A stretch of 64,000 bases of DNA from Octopus vulgaris (GCA_951406725.2 OX597817.1:57784001-57848000), one strand, 5' to 3'; counted from the stretch's first letter, positions 22,114-33,403 are shown. The notes: a model not told the origin generated them from the sequence alone. A program made the numbers and translations.

Positions 22114-22831
22114 GAATCCTGTATTTGTCTATGAGAATATATAGAACTGTTATGCGTGAATATGTAACTGCAACTGGAAATGGCAAAAAAGAAGACATTG
22201 CTAATTCAGGGAGATAATGATGGACTGAATGACAGGCAGAAAAAGGAGAGGGAAAAAAATACTCAAACAGTTAATTGGAAAAAGAAAAACCTTAGAAGCA
22301 TTTGATAAAGACTTTAAAAAGAGGGGAGGGGGACAATTAAAAAAATTAAGAATTTCACAGAAAACAATTGTCAGTTTGTTGAAAATTTTAATCCTTGTGG
22401 ACAGAAATGGTGACAACCATGGACATGTTTCAGTCTAATTAAACCTCATCATGGGGTAGAAAGGGCTCCTTAGCCGTAGTGAAGGCAATCTATCTAGGGA
22501 GATAACCTTACAATAAATCACTGGGTCCGTAGCTTAGAAATACTGGGTTGACGTCCAGCGGGAACAGCTTTGTTTCATGGAGGAGGAAAGATCTTCTTTA
22601 GTACTTGGTTGTACAATGCTTTCCAATGTGTGTAGTAGTGGCGCGCGCACACATTATTAGCCATTTGAAAAGACGATGAAAGTCTCGACCACGGTCGAAC
22701 AATGATGATGATGATGGTACAGTCACCAGTCACAGTAAAGTCATGAAAGCATAATCGTTAGTCATAGTCGAGTGGTCAGGTATAGTAGACTCGTCAGTCA
22801 TAGTAGATTCATCTTAAATCTACTATTATTA

Positions 22832-23210
22832 ATGGAGGCACAACGGCCCAGTGGTTAGGGAAGCAGACTTGCAGTCGTAGGATTGCAGTTTCGATTCCCA
22901 GACCGGGCGTTGAGTGTTTGAGCGAAAACACCTAAAATTCCATGAGGCTCCAGCAGGGGGTGGTGGCGAACCCTGCTGTACTCTTTCACCACAACTTTCT
23001 CTCACTCTTTCTTCCTGTTTCTGTTGTACCTGTATTTCAAAGGGGCCAGCCTTGTCACACTGTGTCACGCTGAATCCCTCTGGGAACTACATTAAGAGTA
23101 CACGTGTCTGTGGAGTGCTCAGCCACTTACATGTTAATTTCACAAGCGGGCTGTTCCGTTGATCGGATCAACTGGAACCCTCGTCGTCGTAACCGACAAA
23201 GTGCCACAAC
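22832..23210 (+). mobile_element. tRNA-derived SINE (~380 bp); partial copies at 40105-40260 (+), 43457-43668 (-) and 49598-49950 (-)
   Basis: A-box GGCCCAGTGGTTAG, B-box-like GTTTCGATTCCC, and a shared body in several copies. Confidence 0.8.
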
Positions 23211-24211
23211 GATTAGTTGTGGACTGTAAAAAATATTACATTTGAACACACGTAATGTATATTTTAGTCAAATCTACAACAGACATTGTTAATTTTTGAT
23301 GTTTCAAATACTTTACTTTCATGAAAACAAAACTGAAAACTTGGACAAACTCTAAAGATTGCTGAGATTTCAATACTCTCATTCTCTCTTGCCGTATCCT
23401 CTTTCCCCTCCTCTTCTGAGTACAAAAGTTGTCACAGAGAACGAGATCACTCAATCTGCTTGAAATAGCAGAATATCTATGAAGTCATTTTACCTGCTAG
23501 AAATAGCAGGTAAGTCTACATTCTTCAAAAGGAAGGAAAGGAGATCTGATTAAATTGTTTTAAATATTCTTTTGAGAGTGAGTGAGTTTCCCCCGGGTCT
23601 GAAATGGGGCTCGAGAACACCTGTTGTCCCAGTTGTGAGTAACTGTGACACAACTGACGACATTGTGATGCATAGATCATGATGATGTGATGTGTAGATC
23701 ATGATAATTCCTATTAGCAAATGAACAGTTTTGATATGCAAATTGCTCTGCAAAAACTATTTCCCAGTATTTTTCAACTCTTATGTACATCTCACACAAA
23801 TATAACACCTTCATATAATTTTGGAGTGCTAGAATATGCAGATGTTCTTCACAAGGACACAGCTTGCATTATAACTACCTACATATATCATTATTATTTA
23901 ACATCCGTTTTCCATTCTGGCACAGGTTGGGACAGGAGCTGGCAAGCCAGAAGACTGAACCGGGCTTCTGTTGCACTGTTTGTTTTGGCAGGGTTTTTAC
24001 AACTGGATGCTCTTCCAAATGCCAACCACTTTACAGTGTGGACTGGATGCTTTTTACATGACACCAGCAGTGGCAAAGTCACCAAGTAACTCACAAGACA
24101 AAGGTCTTTTATTGGTGGGGGAGGGTATTGGAGGAGTTAGCCTGGTGCCAGGTGATGAGAGAGGGACCGAAACAGGTGTGGTGTTGTAAAGGAGATACAG
24201 GGTTGCCATAG

Positions 24212-24468
24212 TGAAAGAGAGAGAAAACGAGAGAAAAAGTGTGATCAAGAATGAGAGAGAGAGACAGAGAGAGAGAGTAATCAAGAATGAGAGAGAGAGA
24301 GAGTAATCAAGAATGAGAGAGAGTGATCAAGAGAGAGAGTAATCAAGAATGAGAGAGTGATCAAGAGAGAGAGAGAGAGAGTAATCAAGAATGAGAGAAA
24401 GAGAGTGAGAGAGAGAGAGAGGGGAAGAGAGTGATCAAGAATGAGAGAAAGCGAGAGAAAGAGTGATC

Positions 24469-24519
<51 letters not shown>
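24212..24519. repeat. (GA)n minisatellite with recurring GTRATCAAGAAT spacer
   Basis: Directly visible. Confidence 0.9.
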
Positions 24520-24523
<4 letters not shown>

Positions 24524-24859
24524 TGGCGATGTGCCAGGGCATACTCTCAAGGTAATTGTGATTCCACTGCGCCTATATATACATGTATGTGTTTATATAT
24601 GACACACACAAGTCTGTATACACACTTACACACACACACACACTCACAAATGTGTGAGAGAGTTAAAAATATAAGTGAATTCCAAGAAGACATTTTATTC
24701 TGCCATTCGTTGGTGAAAGAAGAGGTGGGGTGGGGGTTTAATTATGTTCGTCTGATTTAAATTGTTTAGCACCCAACAATTAATTAAAAGTCTTCCAGTG
24801 GCTAATTAGTGACTACCAAATTATTCTTGACTAAACAAAGACAAATGGAAACATCTACA

Positions 24860-25030
24860 TAGTCATTTGACCTGCTAAAAACAGCAGTCAAATCTCCCTC
24901 AAATCAAATCTTACCATCTTTGATAAAAGCTGGTATGGAATATTATAGGAAAAACCTGATGGTCAAGGATCATTCAGTTATAGATCTAATTGAAATAGCT
25001 AAATCTCCCTCAAATCACACTATCATCTTA
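24860..25030. repeat. Short dispersed repeat with CTGCTAGAAATAGCAG hairpin core (also ~23455-23520, 25525-25565, 25680-25725, 62780-62810)
   Basis: Recurrent motif CTGCTaGAAAtAGCAG..AAATCTCCCTCAAATCACA in both orientations. Confidence 0.55.
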
Positions 25031-25726
25031 AAAAAAGACCTTTGGATAATATAATAGATGAAACAAAATTGGAAAAAGACAGGATAGTCATGGCCAGAGT
25101 GTCTTTAATCATAGCTATGTTCAGACAGGGCTGACTAGAGATTAAACAATGGCTACTCGAAACAGAATTATAATTTGGTTACACTATCATCTGAAATAAG
25201 ACAGTTGGGGAAGAACCCTTCCCAACAACATCAAAATACTTTAGGGTTTTCTTGTGTCCTTGGACCCTCATCAACTCCTGGTGGAGTCAGAGGGAGCACT
25301 GTTGTGATAAATGGCCATGTGTTTGAAATTTTGAAACCTGGTAGAGCTGATGATTTCATTCAGACAGAAAAAGAGCAGAGAGACAAATTGAGCCCAGTAC
25401 ATGACTGATACTTGAAAGGATGAAAGGAAAAAATAACCATGATGGAGGTTTCAACTTAGAATGCTTTGTGGGTTTTGTTTTTGCTTTCTTTGCTCTATTT
25501 CACTCATTATACGAAACAGAGGGCATGATCTGATGGAGATTTGGCTACTATTTCTAGCAGGTTGAGCAACTTTGTCAGGAAACTTCTTTGTTGGCACAAA
25601 ATATTTGAAAGTTAATCAGTCAGGGAAGTATGAACAGAAGTAACCATAAATACACACATACCAGCATCCACATGGGTACTTGATCTGCTGGAAACAGCAG
25701 TCAAATTTCTTTCAAATCACATCCTG

Positions 25727-25890
25727 TAGGTGTGGATGTATGGCTAACAATCTTGCTTTCGAACCACATGGTTCCAGGTTCAGTCCCACTGCATGACACC
25801 TTGAGCAATCATCATCTACAATGGTCTCAGGCCAACCACAAAGCCTTGCAAATGGATTTGGTAGTCAGAAACTGAAAAAAGCCCATCATG
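25727..25890 (+). mobile_element. tRNA-derived SINE of a second family (CORE-like); related pieces at 30703-30780 (-), 33880-34085 (-), 50180-50320 (-) and 51340-51675
   Basis: B-box GGTTCAGTCCC followed by ACCTTGaGCAA and a shared tail GGATTTGGTAG..GAAACTGAAA. Confidence 0.6.
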
Positions 25891-26211
25891 TGTGGGTTTC
25901 CACACAATGCCGAAGCATCGTGTTTGCAACTGGGTGCTCTTTCTGTCACTGATCCTTATATTTTTTTTTTTCTTCAAATAAGGTATTTCTTATTCTACAA
26001 GTTTTCAAAACAGAACTAGCAGACAATTTATTGGAAAAGAAATGGCAACAAACTTCTTCATTTATAGTTCAGTAAGCTTTTCATTTGAAGCTTGCTGGAC
26101 ATAAGCATTCAACACAACATGGGTGAAAACACTTCATGAATATTTATACAAATCAATTCATAATATATTAATAGATTGTTATCAATGTAAACCATGTACT
26201 TTTCTTCAAAG

Positions 26212-26253
<42 letters not shown>

Positions 26254-26369
26254 GGCTCGAAATGTAAAAGACTTTTTCTATTCCTGAGTGTTATACTAAT
26301 ATATCTTTGTTTTGTACACCACCTGTCTTCGTCTTTTGTTTTTCTCGTAAATTCTCCCTATATATATAA

Positions 26370-26457
26370 TTAAGCATAAATTATTTAGAGGACATAGAAA
26401 TCTATTTTTACAATTACATTATTTAGGAGATATGGTTATTAGTACTATTAGTGTTAT
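26370..26457. repeat. ~88-bp AT-rich unit present three times (26370-26457, 28795-28883, 30567-30655)
   Basis: TTAAGCATAAATTATTTAGAG..CATAGAAAT..ATTTTTACAATTACAT...GTTATTAGTACTATT.GTGTTAT in all three copies, same orientation. Confidence 0.9.
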
Positions 26458-26498
26458 GTATATATATATATATATATATATATACATACATATATATA

Positions 26499-26555
<57 letters not shown>

Positions 26556-26560
<5 letters not shown>

Positions 26561-27690
26561 GGAAATGAAGAAAAAGCTGACAAAATAATTTAAGTAAGGG
26601 AGAGTGTATTTAATTAGGTAAAAGTTTTTTTTACCGGTTGCGCATTTGTTATGCTTATCAAAAGATATTTTTTAAAGAGAGATAGAGTTCCTTTCTGATA
26701 GATTTTTTTCTCTTATCTGACTTTATGTTGGGTTTGCTGTCTCTTATATGTGAAAAAAGAGGCTCCAGAGTTGTTTAAGATTTGCTGGTTTCGCGCCCGT
26801 AAAATTTCTTGTGGACAATGGTCAATACCAATTTTGATTGGTCATTATAAAGGGGTCACGTGAATGTTTGAATGGTTTGTTGGTGTTGGGGTAAGAAAAT
26901 AGGTTCCAGAGATGTTAAATTTAATGTGGCTAGTGTCGCGCCTAAAATTTCTTATTGGTCATAATAAAGAGGTCACGTGGATGTGGTCATAATAGAGAGG
27001 TCACGTGAATGTTTAGAATGGATGTTGGTGTGGGTGGTGTATGGAGTTTTGCAAAATAGCATTGTTGAAAATTCTTATTGTTCAGGCTGGTCAGTAGACG
27101 TCATGTGGATATTTTTAATAGCTTTTGTAGTGCATAGTTAAGGAGTGTAGGTTTTCCGCTTGACTGAATTTGAGCTGGATAAGTAAGTTCGTTTAGGACA
27201 GGTAGAGGTATGTGTGTGTGTGTGTGTTTATATGTATGTTGGGGCGCGCGTGCGTATATATATGTGTGCGTGTGTGGGTACAATTTTCAATATTTATAGT
27301 TCTGCTGGCCTTGTGCCTGTATCGAGAAGCAATGTGTTTGTGTGAAGTCAATATTTACAGTCATTTCAAAAAAATAGTGTTGGATGTTTTGCAAAGTATC
27401 AAATTATGTGTATGTGTGGAACCATATATTTGCGTGTGTCATGGTGTTAATATCTGGGTAAAAGTGTGTGTAGGGTGTGTGCAGGTGTAAGTGTGTTTGT
27501 TGTGTGTTCGTGTTAGGAACTCTATCTCTCTTTAAAAAATATCTTTTGATAAGCATAACAAATGCGCAACCGGTAAAAAGAACTTTCACCTAATTAAATA
27601 CACTCTCTCTTACTTAAATTATTTTGTCAGCATTTTCTTCATTTCCTTTTTTTATATATCACAACTCGTGTTCCACATCTCCTTTTTTAA
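26556..27690 (-). mobile_element. Degenerate Penelope-like element with ~137-bp inverted arms (26556-26692 / 27515-27653) carrying a variant hammerhead motif
   Basis: Clear inverted repeat. Minus-strand remnant LCKTSNTIF...YRHKASRTIN resembles a decayed GIY-YIG start. Confidence 0.6.
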
Positions 27691-27711
27691 ATATATATAT
27701 ATATATATATA

Positions 27712-28761
27712 TTGATAAAACGGTAAGATAACAAAAGAAAGAAAGAGACCTCAATATTATGTAAATAGAGGAAATTTATCTATACAATATGTTACATTAC
27801 TCGGTAGTCAAGATAAAACTCTGAGTTTCAGATGCCGAAGTGGAAATCCACAACACCATCTCTTCGGTTATCTGGCTATTTGAAAACGTTATGAAAAAAT
27901 ACCGTTAAAAATGAAGGGAAATTACTCTGTTATAACTCTGCTTTGCCTGCGTACTTATACATCGCTCGCATTTTTCGTCATGGGTCAAATTATATAAAAT
28001 ACATAAAAATATATAAAAATATATAAAAAATATATAAAATCTTCTTGGGACATAACACAAAGCATGTTCTATCCGTTTTCTTTAGGGGACCAAAAACGTA
28101 ACAGAAATTTAGTCACATGTGGGCATGATCCGAAAAGCTCTGTCCTTGTATTTAGACATGTGGTAGGGTCTAAGCTGCTTTTCCAGATAAGCCATCTCTC
28201 CATGTCGCATAAACCGCACCTTCCGCATGCCGTTAGTGTAGGGCTTACATCTGGCCAAAATCTTCCATTGCTATGTTATAATCGACACCTTTATCTCTTA
28301 AAGACCAAATATGATTGGATAATTGTGTCGCTTTTCTTTATGTTCCAGTGCCTAAAGCTCAAAGTGTGGTTATTGAACCTGGCCTTGAAATTAACCTCTG
28401 TCAGGCCCACGTATTTCTTCGTCGAAACGGTGTCTTTAGTGGTTATAGAGTTTACAGTAGCTTCATATATGATGGTCTTGGACATGCAAGCTCCATTTAG
28501 CGGGCACAATTCTTTATTCCTGCATGAACAGCTGTTTTCTTCTTGTGTTTTTTGTATGTTATGATTGATTATGTTTTTAAAATTGGTAGTTGAACTAAAA
28601 CTAATTTTTAAATTGTGTCTATTGAAGAGTTTCCTATAAGCATTTTTTCATAACGTTTTCAAATAGCCAGATAACCGAAGAGATGGTGTTGTGGATTTCC
28701 ACTTCGGCATCTGAAACTCAGAGCATTTATCTTGACTACCGAGTAATGTAACATATTGTAT

Positions 28762-28766
<5 letters not shown>
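27712..28766 (-). mobile_element. 5'-truncated Penelope-like element (C-terminal GIY-YIG endonuclease, probably Naiad-type) with inverted pLTR
   Basis: CSCRNKELCPLNGAC..IIYEATV...YVGLTEVNFKARFNNH, then after frameshifts LSNHIWSLRD...CGLC...LNTRTELFGSCPH. 27777-27900 is inverted at 28642-28766. Confidence 0.88.
27811..27873 (-). ncRNA. Minimal type I hammerhead-like ribozyme motif in the pLTR (inverted, mutated copy at ~28669-28732 +)
   Basis: Minus strand: AGATAA CCGAAGA GATG-loop-CATC T GAAA CTC A GAG T T TTATCT, giving a 6-bp stem I, palindromic stem III and GUU site. Confidence 0.6.
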
Positions 28767-28798
<32 letters not shown>

Positions 28799-28924
28799 AG
28801 CATAAATTATTTAGAGAACATAGAAATTCATTTTTACAATTACATAATTTAAGCGATATAGTTATTAGTACTATTAGTGTTATTTACATATGTATGTATA
28901 AATATATATATATATATATATATA

Positions 28925-30504
28925 CAGTTGCGGCCAAAATGTTCAGAACGGCATTGTTTTCGTCAGAAAAGTAGGCATAAGTTTTTATCAAAGTTGTTTT
29001 ATATTCTATAATTTTCACAGAGAATAAATACGATATTAATTATTATTGGTGTAATTTGAGAGGATAATACAAAAGTTATGGATGATTTAGTGATTTACTG
29101 CAAAACCCATGGTGGCCAAAATAATCAGAACGGTTGAAAAAAATAACAAAATAATCAAAAATGACAGAGAATACTGGAATTATTTAATATTTAGTGTGAA
29201 GCCCTTTAGCTTCAATCACACTTTGACATCTTCGACTGCATGAGGAAATTAAATTTTCACTTTCTTGCTGGGTGATCTTATTCCATTCTTCCCTAAGGGC
29301 ATTCCATAATTGCTTGGTTGTTTTAGGATTTCTGGCTTTCGAATGTTCTCCTAGAATATTCCACACATTTTCAATAGGACTGAGATCTGGGCTTTGAGCA
29401 GGCCAATCCATAACAATAATCTTTTCAGTCTTGAGAAAGTTCATGACCACCTTAGCCTTGTGACATGGGGCATTGTCCTGCATGAATATGGGTGGTCGCT
29501 TAGTTGAATTTCTCAGCACAGGCAAGACATGATCTTTTACAAGTTGTTTATAAACTCCTGCATTTACCTTTCCATGTAATCGCACCAAAGGGCCCAAACC
29601 ATCTCCAGATATCATCCCACAAACCATGACACTTCCTCCACCGAATTTAGTCTTAAGGCATTTAGGCGACAATTTTTCACCTACTTTTTCCATCTGAGCC
29701 AAATAACTTAGAATCATCACGGAAATGCACCGTTTGTCATTTTTCTTGAGACCACAACACATGTTCGGTTGCAAAGGTAAGATGACACTTTTTATTCTTG
29801 GAGCTGATCAGTGGCTTCACTGCAGGTGCTCTTGCTTGTAGGTCATGTTCAACTAAACGACGAGACAGTTTTTTGAGATAAAGTTTTCTTCAGTACAATG
29901 CTCATTTCCAGAGAAACAGCAGCAGCAGTTTTAAATCTGTCCTTTTTAACCAACTTTACCATAGCACGATCTTCTCTCTTGGTCGTTTTTCTTGGCCTAC
30001 CTGTAGACTCTCTTGCTTCACATGAACCACAATCATCGTAGACCTTAAGAATACCGTGAACAACACTTTTTCACTTGTTAACAATCTTAGCAATAGACCC
30101 AATACTTAAATTATCCTTCTTTCGAAGCTTAATAATCTGCTGACGAATTGGTAACGGAGTAAGTGGCATTATATTAACAAAGTACACTGCAGATATTCTT
30201 ACTAATGTTTAGTAAACGAACCGTCAGGTAAACAAGTTCAAAACATTAGAGTTCACCGGTTAAATATACTAAAACACGGAGTAAAAGCAACCGTTCTGAT
30301 CATTTTGGCCATGGGTTTTGCAGTAAATCACTAAATCATCCATAACTTTTGTATTATCCTCTCAAATTACACCAAAATCTCAGACAATAACAATTAATAT
30401 CGTATTTATTGTCTGAAAATTATAGAAACTAAAACAACTTTGATAAAAACTTATACCTACATTTCTGACAAAAACAATGCCGTTCTGAACATTTTGGCCG
30501 CAAC

Positions 30505-30506
<2 letters not shown>
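28925..30506 (-). mobile_element. Tc1-family DNA transposon (DD34E) with long IR/DR terminal inverted repeats and TA target duplication
   Basis: TA|CAGTTGCGGCCAAAATGTTCAGAACGG ... CCGTTCTGAACATTTTGGCCGCAACTG|TA. TIRs are about 210-220 bp. Confidence 0.95.
29184..30169 (-). pseudogene. Tc1 transposase, disrupted by a premature TGA and frameshifts
   Basis: Starts MPLTPLPIRQQIIKLR and has an in-frame TGA early. Motifs KFGGGSVMV and FMQDNAPCH...WPAQSPDLSPIE, with 34 residues between D and E. Confidence 0.9.
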
Positions 30507-30538
<32 letters not shown>

Positions 30539-30779
30539 CATACGTGTGTGTATGTGTATATATACAGTTAAGCATAAATTATTTAGAGGACATAGAAATC
30601 TATTTTTACAATTACATAATTTAAGAGCTATAGTTATTAGTACTATTTGTGTTATTCATATATGGTAGAGACGGTTAACTATTGTTAGATTTGACAGAAT
30701 TATCCAAGGTGCCATGCAGTGGGACTGAACCCAGAACTGTGTAGTTGGTAAGCAAGCTACTTACAGCTACTCCTGCACC

Positions 30780-30822
<43 letters not shown>

Positions 30823-31477
30823 AAGTGGGTGTGTATAGATATATAGATGTGTATGTGTGTATAAACACCTGTCACTTCTCTGTCCATAGTACCAGTGAAC
30901 AGCTGTAATCACTTGAGAGCAGAATTAACACACACACACATTTCCTCCTCTCTTTATGCTTCTAGTTTATCCCCCACACACACATACACACTATTTCCAC
31001 CAATCGTTACCACCTTTCTCTGCTTTCAACTATCTCTCATTCACTCTCCTCTGCCATCCTTCATTTTAACACTCCTCATATCTGCTACTATTCTCAACAC
31101 CCTTCCACATCTGCCATCATGCTTCACTCACCATTCTTTCCCCCCACCCACTGCTTCTACACCTGGCACATCTCCCAACCACCTTCCAAATCATCCCCCT
31201 ACCTTTCTAATCTATCCTCCCTCCTTGAACCACTTCTATCCCTCTCTCTCACCCACCTCCATACTTGTATCTCCCATCCCTGCACTTTCACCTTCATTCG
31301 TCACTCCCTACAATCACCTCTACCTCCCCCCATCTCTAACCATATGTTACTCTCCCCTCACATCACCTTTGTCCATCTTATGATCATCTGGAATCAGGTC
31401 ACCAACATCTCCATCCCCTGTCCAGTCGCTCTCACCCCAGCCCTGTGTAATGTGGAGTAGCCATATATCTCCTCCAT

Positions 31478-31643
31478 GGCCCACTACACTCTCAGAGTGG
31501 TTGACGTTAGGAAGGGCATCCAGCTGTAGAAACTCTGCCAGATCAAGACTGGAGCCTGGTACAGCCATTTGGTTCACCAGCCCTCAGTCAAATCGTCCAA
31601 CCCATGCTAGCATGGAAAGTGGATGTTAAATGATGATGATGAT
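31478..31643 (+). mobile_element. RTE 3'-end fragment with (GAT)n tail; related pieces at ~23895-24070, 32660-32815, 34460-35000, 37545-37850, 61210-61385 (-) and 63230-63373 (+)
   Basis: All match the 3' UTR of the RTE at 40500-41094 (GGAAGGGCATCCAGCTGTAGAAAC...CCAACCCATGCTAGCATGGA). Confidence 0.8.
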
Positions 31644-32119
31644 GGCACGACACCTAGGCTTGTCCCACAACCATACTTCAGCCTCTAACCACCCCTCAAT
31701 ATCTCACCCCTCCACCCATCACTTTGTTGAGTAGTCTTTTTAGTTATTCCGTTCTTTGTTACTTGCCGACCTTACTAGTGTTGGCGCCACATAAAAGGCA
31801 CTCAGTGGTTGGCATTAGGAAGGGCAGGCAGCCATGGGATCTGTGCCAGAACAAAGATTGGAACTGGATACAGCCCTGTGACTTGCAGCAGTCTGTGAAA
31901 CAGTCCGACTCAAGCCAGCATGGAAAATGGATGTTAAATAAAGATGATGATGCTGACAGAATGGAGGAAATAAAATGGAAAAGACTGAACATTCAGAATT
32001 ATCATTCATCAAACAATAAAAGAAATAACAAACAAAATACTTTTCAGTAATGGGACAGGATTCAACATGGCCACAATAAAACTGAAAGCTTTTCTCTCGC
32101 TTACTCACACACATTTTTC

Positions 32120-32510
32120 ATTATTATTATTATTATTATTATCATCATTATTATTATCCAGATCACTGCCTGAAATCGAACTCGGAATCTTGGTGTTAGT
32201 AGCCTGCACTCTTAACCACTATGCCATATGCCCGTGGGTTAGTGGTTAAGTGGGCGTAGTGGTTAAGAGCGCAGGCTACTAACCCCAAGATTCCGAGTTT
32301 GATTCCAAGCAGTCACTTGAATAATAATAATAACATCGAAAAATACCTTAGGAATGAGAACCCAGGTTCAAAATTTCCCCAAGACACCTGATGAAGGCTG
32401 GAGGGTATACCAACCGAAACGTTGTGTTAACAACAAACAAGAAGAGGACAAATATTAGTCAAATGTAAATAATGTAAATGTACATAATTCCTCATCTCTA
32501 AAATATAAAA
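32120..32510 (+). mobile_element. tRNA-headed non-autonomous element with hammerhead ribozyme and inverted 5' duplicate
   Basis: A-box GGCGTAGTGGTTAA (32253-32266), B-box GAGTTTGATTCC (32295-32306), (TAA)n linker and hammerhead at 32383-32428. The head is repeated in reverse at 32120-32233. Confidence 0.75.
32383..32428 (+). ncRNA. Minimal type I hammerhead ribozyme
   Basis: GACAC CTGATGA A GGCTGG agggtata CCAACC GAAA CG T T GTGTT: intact core, stem II with one mismatch, palindromic ACGT stem III and GUU cleavage site. Confidence 0.78.
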
Positions 32511-33176
32511 CAAATACAGGTTAGTCTTGATTTCCTCTCTTTTCTACATTGCATATGTTGAACAAAATAGAGTTGAGAGCTGTTTCAATACAATAACTTG
32601 TGATTAACAAGGGTCACAAAAACTCAGCCAATCAAATCACTCGTTATCTGTTTCTGAATTATCATCGTTGTTTAGCATCTACTTTCCATGCTGGCATGGG
32701 TTGGACGATTTGACTGAGGACCAGCAAGCCAAGCGGCTGCACCAGGCTCCAATCTGATCTGGCAAGGTTTCCTAATGCCAACCACTCCACGAGTGTAGTG
32801 GGTACTTTTTACGTAAAATAAAATGGGCTTCAAGGCACAATTGCACCCGCGGACGGGGGTTTCCCCACCCCTGGTGTATATAGTCAGGCTCACCTTTCAA
32901 TAATGGCAAGAACAATTTTATGCGAAGGGTTATTAAAATTAAAATCTTTCCAAATGATAGAGGGGGTTTGGGTGATGCTGGAAAGCAATAACAATAGGGC
33001 TGATGAGGTATTTTGCATATCCTTATTACCATTCAACCAGTCCTTCCTTTGGATTTAGTAAACACTAATCCATCTTTTGAAGACATCGATTAGTTCTATC
33101 TCCCAATGAATTAAAACCTTTCTATAAATTCTTGCCTAACAGATTTTCCCTTTATTTCTGCAACACCAAACCTTTT

Positions 33177-33403
33177 TAACCCCTTCAATACCAACCTGGC
33201 TGAAATTGGCTCTGGCTCTGTGTAAAAATGTCTTGTTTTCTTAAGTTTTGAATTAAAATCTCCCACCAAACCTTAGTCACAATTTATGCTCCTAACACTA
33301 ACTTAATGATAACCAAGTTATTTTACTAAATTCTTTGTTATATTTTAAGTAATTAGAAGAAACACAGAGCATCTCAAAATAAATACAGTAATGAAAGGGT
33401 TAA
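33177..33403. mobile_element. piggyBac-type MITE (TTAA|CCC...GGG|TTAA); opposite-orientation copy at ~50625-50853
   Basis: TTAA flanks, CCC(C/T)TT/AAGGG termini and two homologous copies. Confidence 0.75.

Noticed and set aside
22530-22800. CpG-enriched patch as the GTSF1-like promoter
   Set aside because: The position is plausible, but no first exon or core promoter could be identified and it may be repeat-derived.
24240-24470. CRISPR-like repeat-spacer array (GTRATCAAGAAT units); also the three 88-bp units
   Set aside because: The spacers are (GA)n or transposons, the context is eukaryotic, and there are no cas genes.
30895-31460. Pro/Ser/Leu-rich ORFs; similarly 39757-40242
   Set aside because: These are pyrimidine-rich low-complexity or microsatellite translations without splice support.
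32251-32320. Functional tRNA gene (ACT anticodon); likewise the heads at 22832 and 33614
   Set aside because: There is no proper acceptor-stem pairing or terminator, and each continues into a repeat body, so these are SINE heads.
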